This document shows, one piece after another, positions 62,495 to 64,000 of a DNA stretch of 64,000 bases; positions within the stretch are counted from its first letter, which is position 1; each line of letters starts with the position of its first letter. The notes beneath the pieces are model-generated. The model was not told the origin of the DNA and did not search any database. It worked only from the letters and a program-made list of their open reading frames with translations. The DNA is from Octopus sinensis (Eukaryota): contig NW_021831993.1 in the NCBI RefSeq assembly GCF_006345805.1, forward strand, positions 1 to 64,000. The letters are read 5' to 3'. Position numbers and translations under genes: made by a program.

Positions 62495-62965
62495 GGTATA
62501 AAAGATGGGCTACAGCAAATATTCTGCTCAATACCACAGATTTGCTTGTCAGTTGTTTGACCTTAACCAGTTGAGCATGTCCCTTAGTGGCTGACGATAT
62601 GTGCATCTCTGATCACGAGCAGAAGTAGTGGGGGAGCATCATAGCCATGTGTTGAGAAGGATTCTTTGGGGTTTGAATAATTCACCTCTGGAAACATGGG
62701 TGGTTCTTTCAACATCCTTAAACAACCCTTACTCAGGGACCTTTTGAGTGGGATGGGCTACTCAACCTGAAGAAAATTCTAATTGGGCCCCACCTGCAAG
62801 GTCATGTGCTGTTTATCTTGATATGAGATCACCATGTCGCGCACATATGGTTGTGATGCATGTGCCTGGTGTACCTTTATCAGACGGGTAGTCATGATGG
62901 GTATATTGGGCTTCGTATATTTTACCCCAGTGTCACTTTGATGGCATGAACTGCTCTCTCACTCA
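62495..62965 (+). mobile_element. ~470-bp non-coding insert between (TAA)n tracts, probably a Dong/R4 3'UTR or a dependent SINE
   Basis: Sharp boundaries within (TAA)n at both ends; ends in CTCTCTCACTC-AATAATAAT. Confidence 0.5.
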
Positions 62966-62999
62966 ATAATAATAATAATATAATAATGATAATAATAAT

Positions 63000-63030
<31 letters not shown>

Positions 63031-63305
63031 TGATAATAATAAAATTAATAATAATAATAATAAAATTAATAATAATAATAATAAATAATAATAATAAATA
63101 ATAATAATAATAGAGTCAAAATTAAAAGAGTGTCTTCTTTTAATTATTTTGACTCTCTATCTTAACCAAAATGAAGCAGATTGACAAAATTATTTTTTGA
63201 ACCTGTTGAAGACACACAAGATGTTGAAATATCGTTCACTAGATAACAATGGCATTCATCTTTTATTTTGACCCTCTATCTTCAGGAGGAGTTACCTCAA
63301 TCCTT

Positions 63306-63354
<49 letters not shown>

Positions 63355-63387
63355 TAATAATTATAGTAATAATAATAATAATAATAA

Positions 63388-64000
63388 GAGAACACCGGGG
63401 GACGTTTAACATGTGAGAGCGATAAAACAGTGCTCCGAAATCTATCCACAAACATCGGAAATAAAGACATTGCATGGAGCCAAAAACTAACTGACAAAGG
63501 ATTGGACTATATCCAAGTAAATAATACTCATTGAAATATATTGCTATTTTCCAAACGAAATTATGTATTTTAACTTGATATCATCTCCAACCATGTAAAC
63601 ATGCTTGATACATCACGATCCATCAACAACAGATCATCTCTGGCCCCAGACACCATGTACAAAAAAATTACAAATAAATTAAATAATAATGGTATTATTC
63701 AACCCAAGAATAACAATCGGGAAGTGCGTACTTTAAACTTGTTACACAAAAAGTACGAAAAACTACACAGGCAAAACAATTTGACAATAGAAATGAACGG
63801 ACCGGTACCCTACGAAAATGATGACCATAAATATACACGTGAGGAATACATTTCAATCCTACATGCTTACTTTACAGCAGTGCTCTACCCAAAGCACAAA
63901 AACACAACAACATATACATATAAAATATGGAAGAAAAATAACCTAAACAAAGACTTGGATACAGCAATGAACCCTAATAAACTAGCTAACATACGAAGAT
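63388..64000 (+). mobile_element. 5' end of another Dong/R4-type element starting in (TAA)n and running off the window
   Basis: KYTREEYISILHAYFTAVLYP..TTTYTYKIWKKNN...AMNPNKLANIRR resembles the N-terminal domain of R4-clade ORFs. Confidence 0.6.

Overview
AT-rich, repeat-dominated eukaryotic genomic DNA. The repeat landscape (RTE/BovB LINEs with GATGAT tails, Dong/R4 elements in (TAA)n, Nin/Deu-type and other tRNA-SINEs, Penelope elements, Helitrons) strongly suggests an octopus/cephalopod genome; this is inference, not a database match. One host gene is well supported: a minus-strand PARP14/15/10-like mono-ADP-ribosyltransferase. Its catalytic-domain exons are 49779-49912, 49214-49391 and 45851-46116, with a probable 48-nt upstream exon at 58117-58164. 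These exons are only partly shown in the ORF track. A candidate first exon/promoter of another minus-strand gene, with an IRF-type element, lies near 13.1 kb. The rest is nested mobile DNA. The most notable unexplained structures are: three families of minimal hammerhead-like ribozyme motifs (two with non-canonical cores), a thrice-repeated structured RNA-like motif at the exact 5' end of RTE elements, a 2.1-kb patchwork-inverted array of GAAAATTTTC (A4T4) units, a perfect 72-nt palindrome downstream of the PARP stop, and a SINE sharing its 3' tail with Tx1/L1 LINEs. No rRNA, bona fide tRNA gene or CRISPR array was found. Boundaries of degenerate repeats are approximate.
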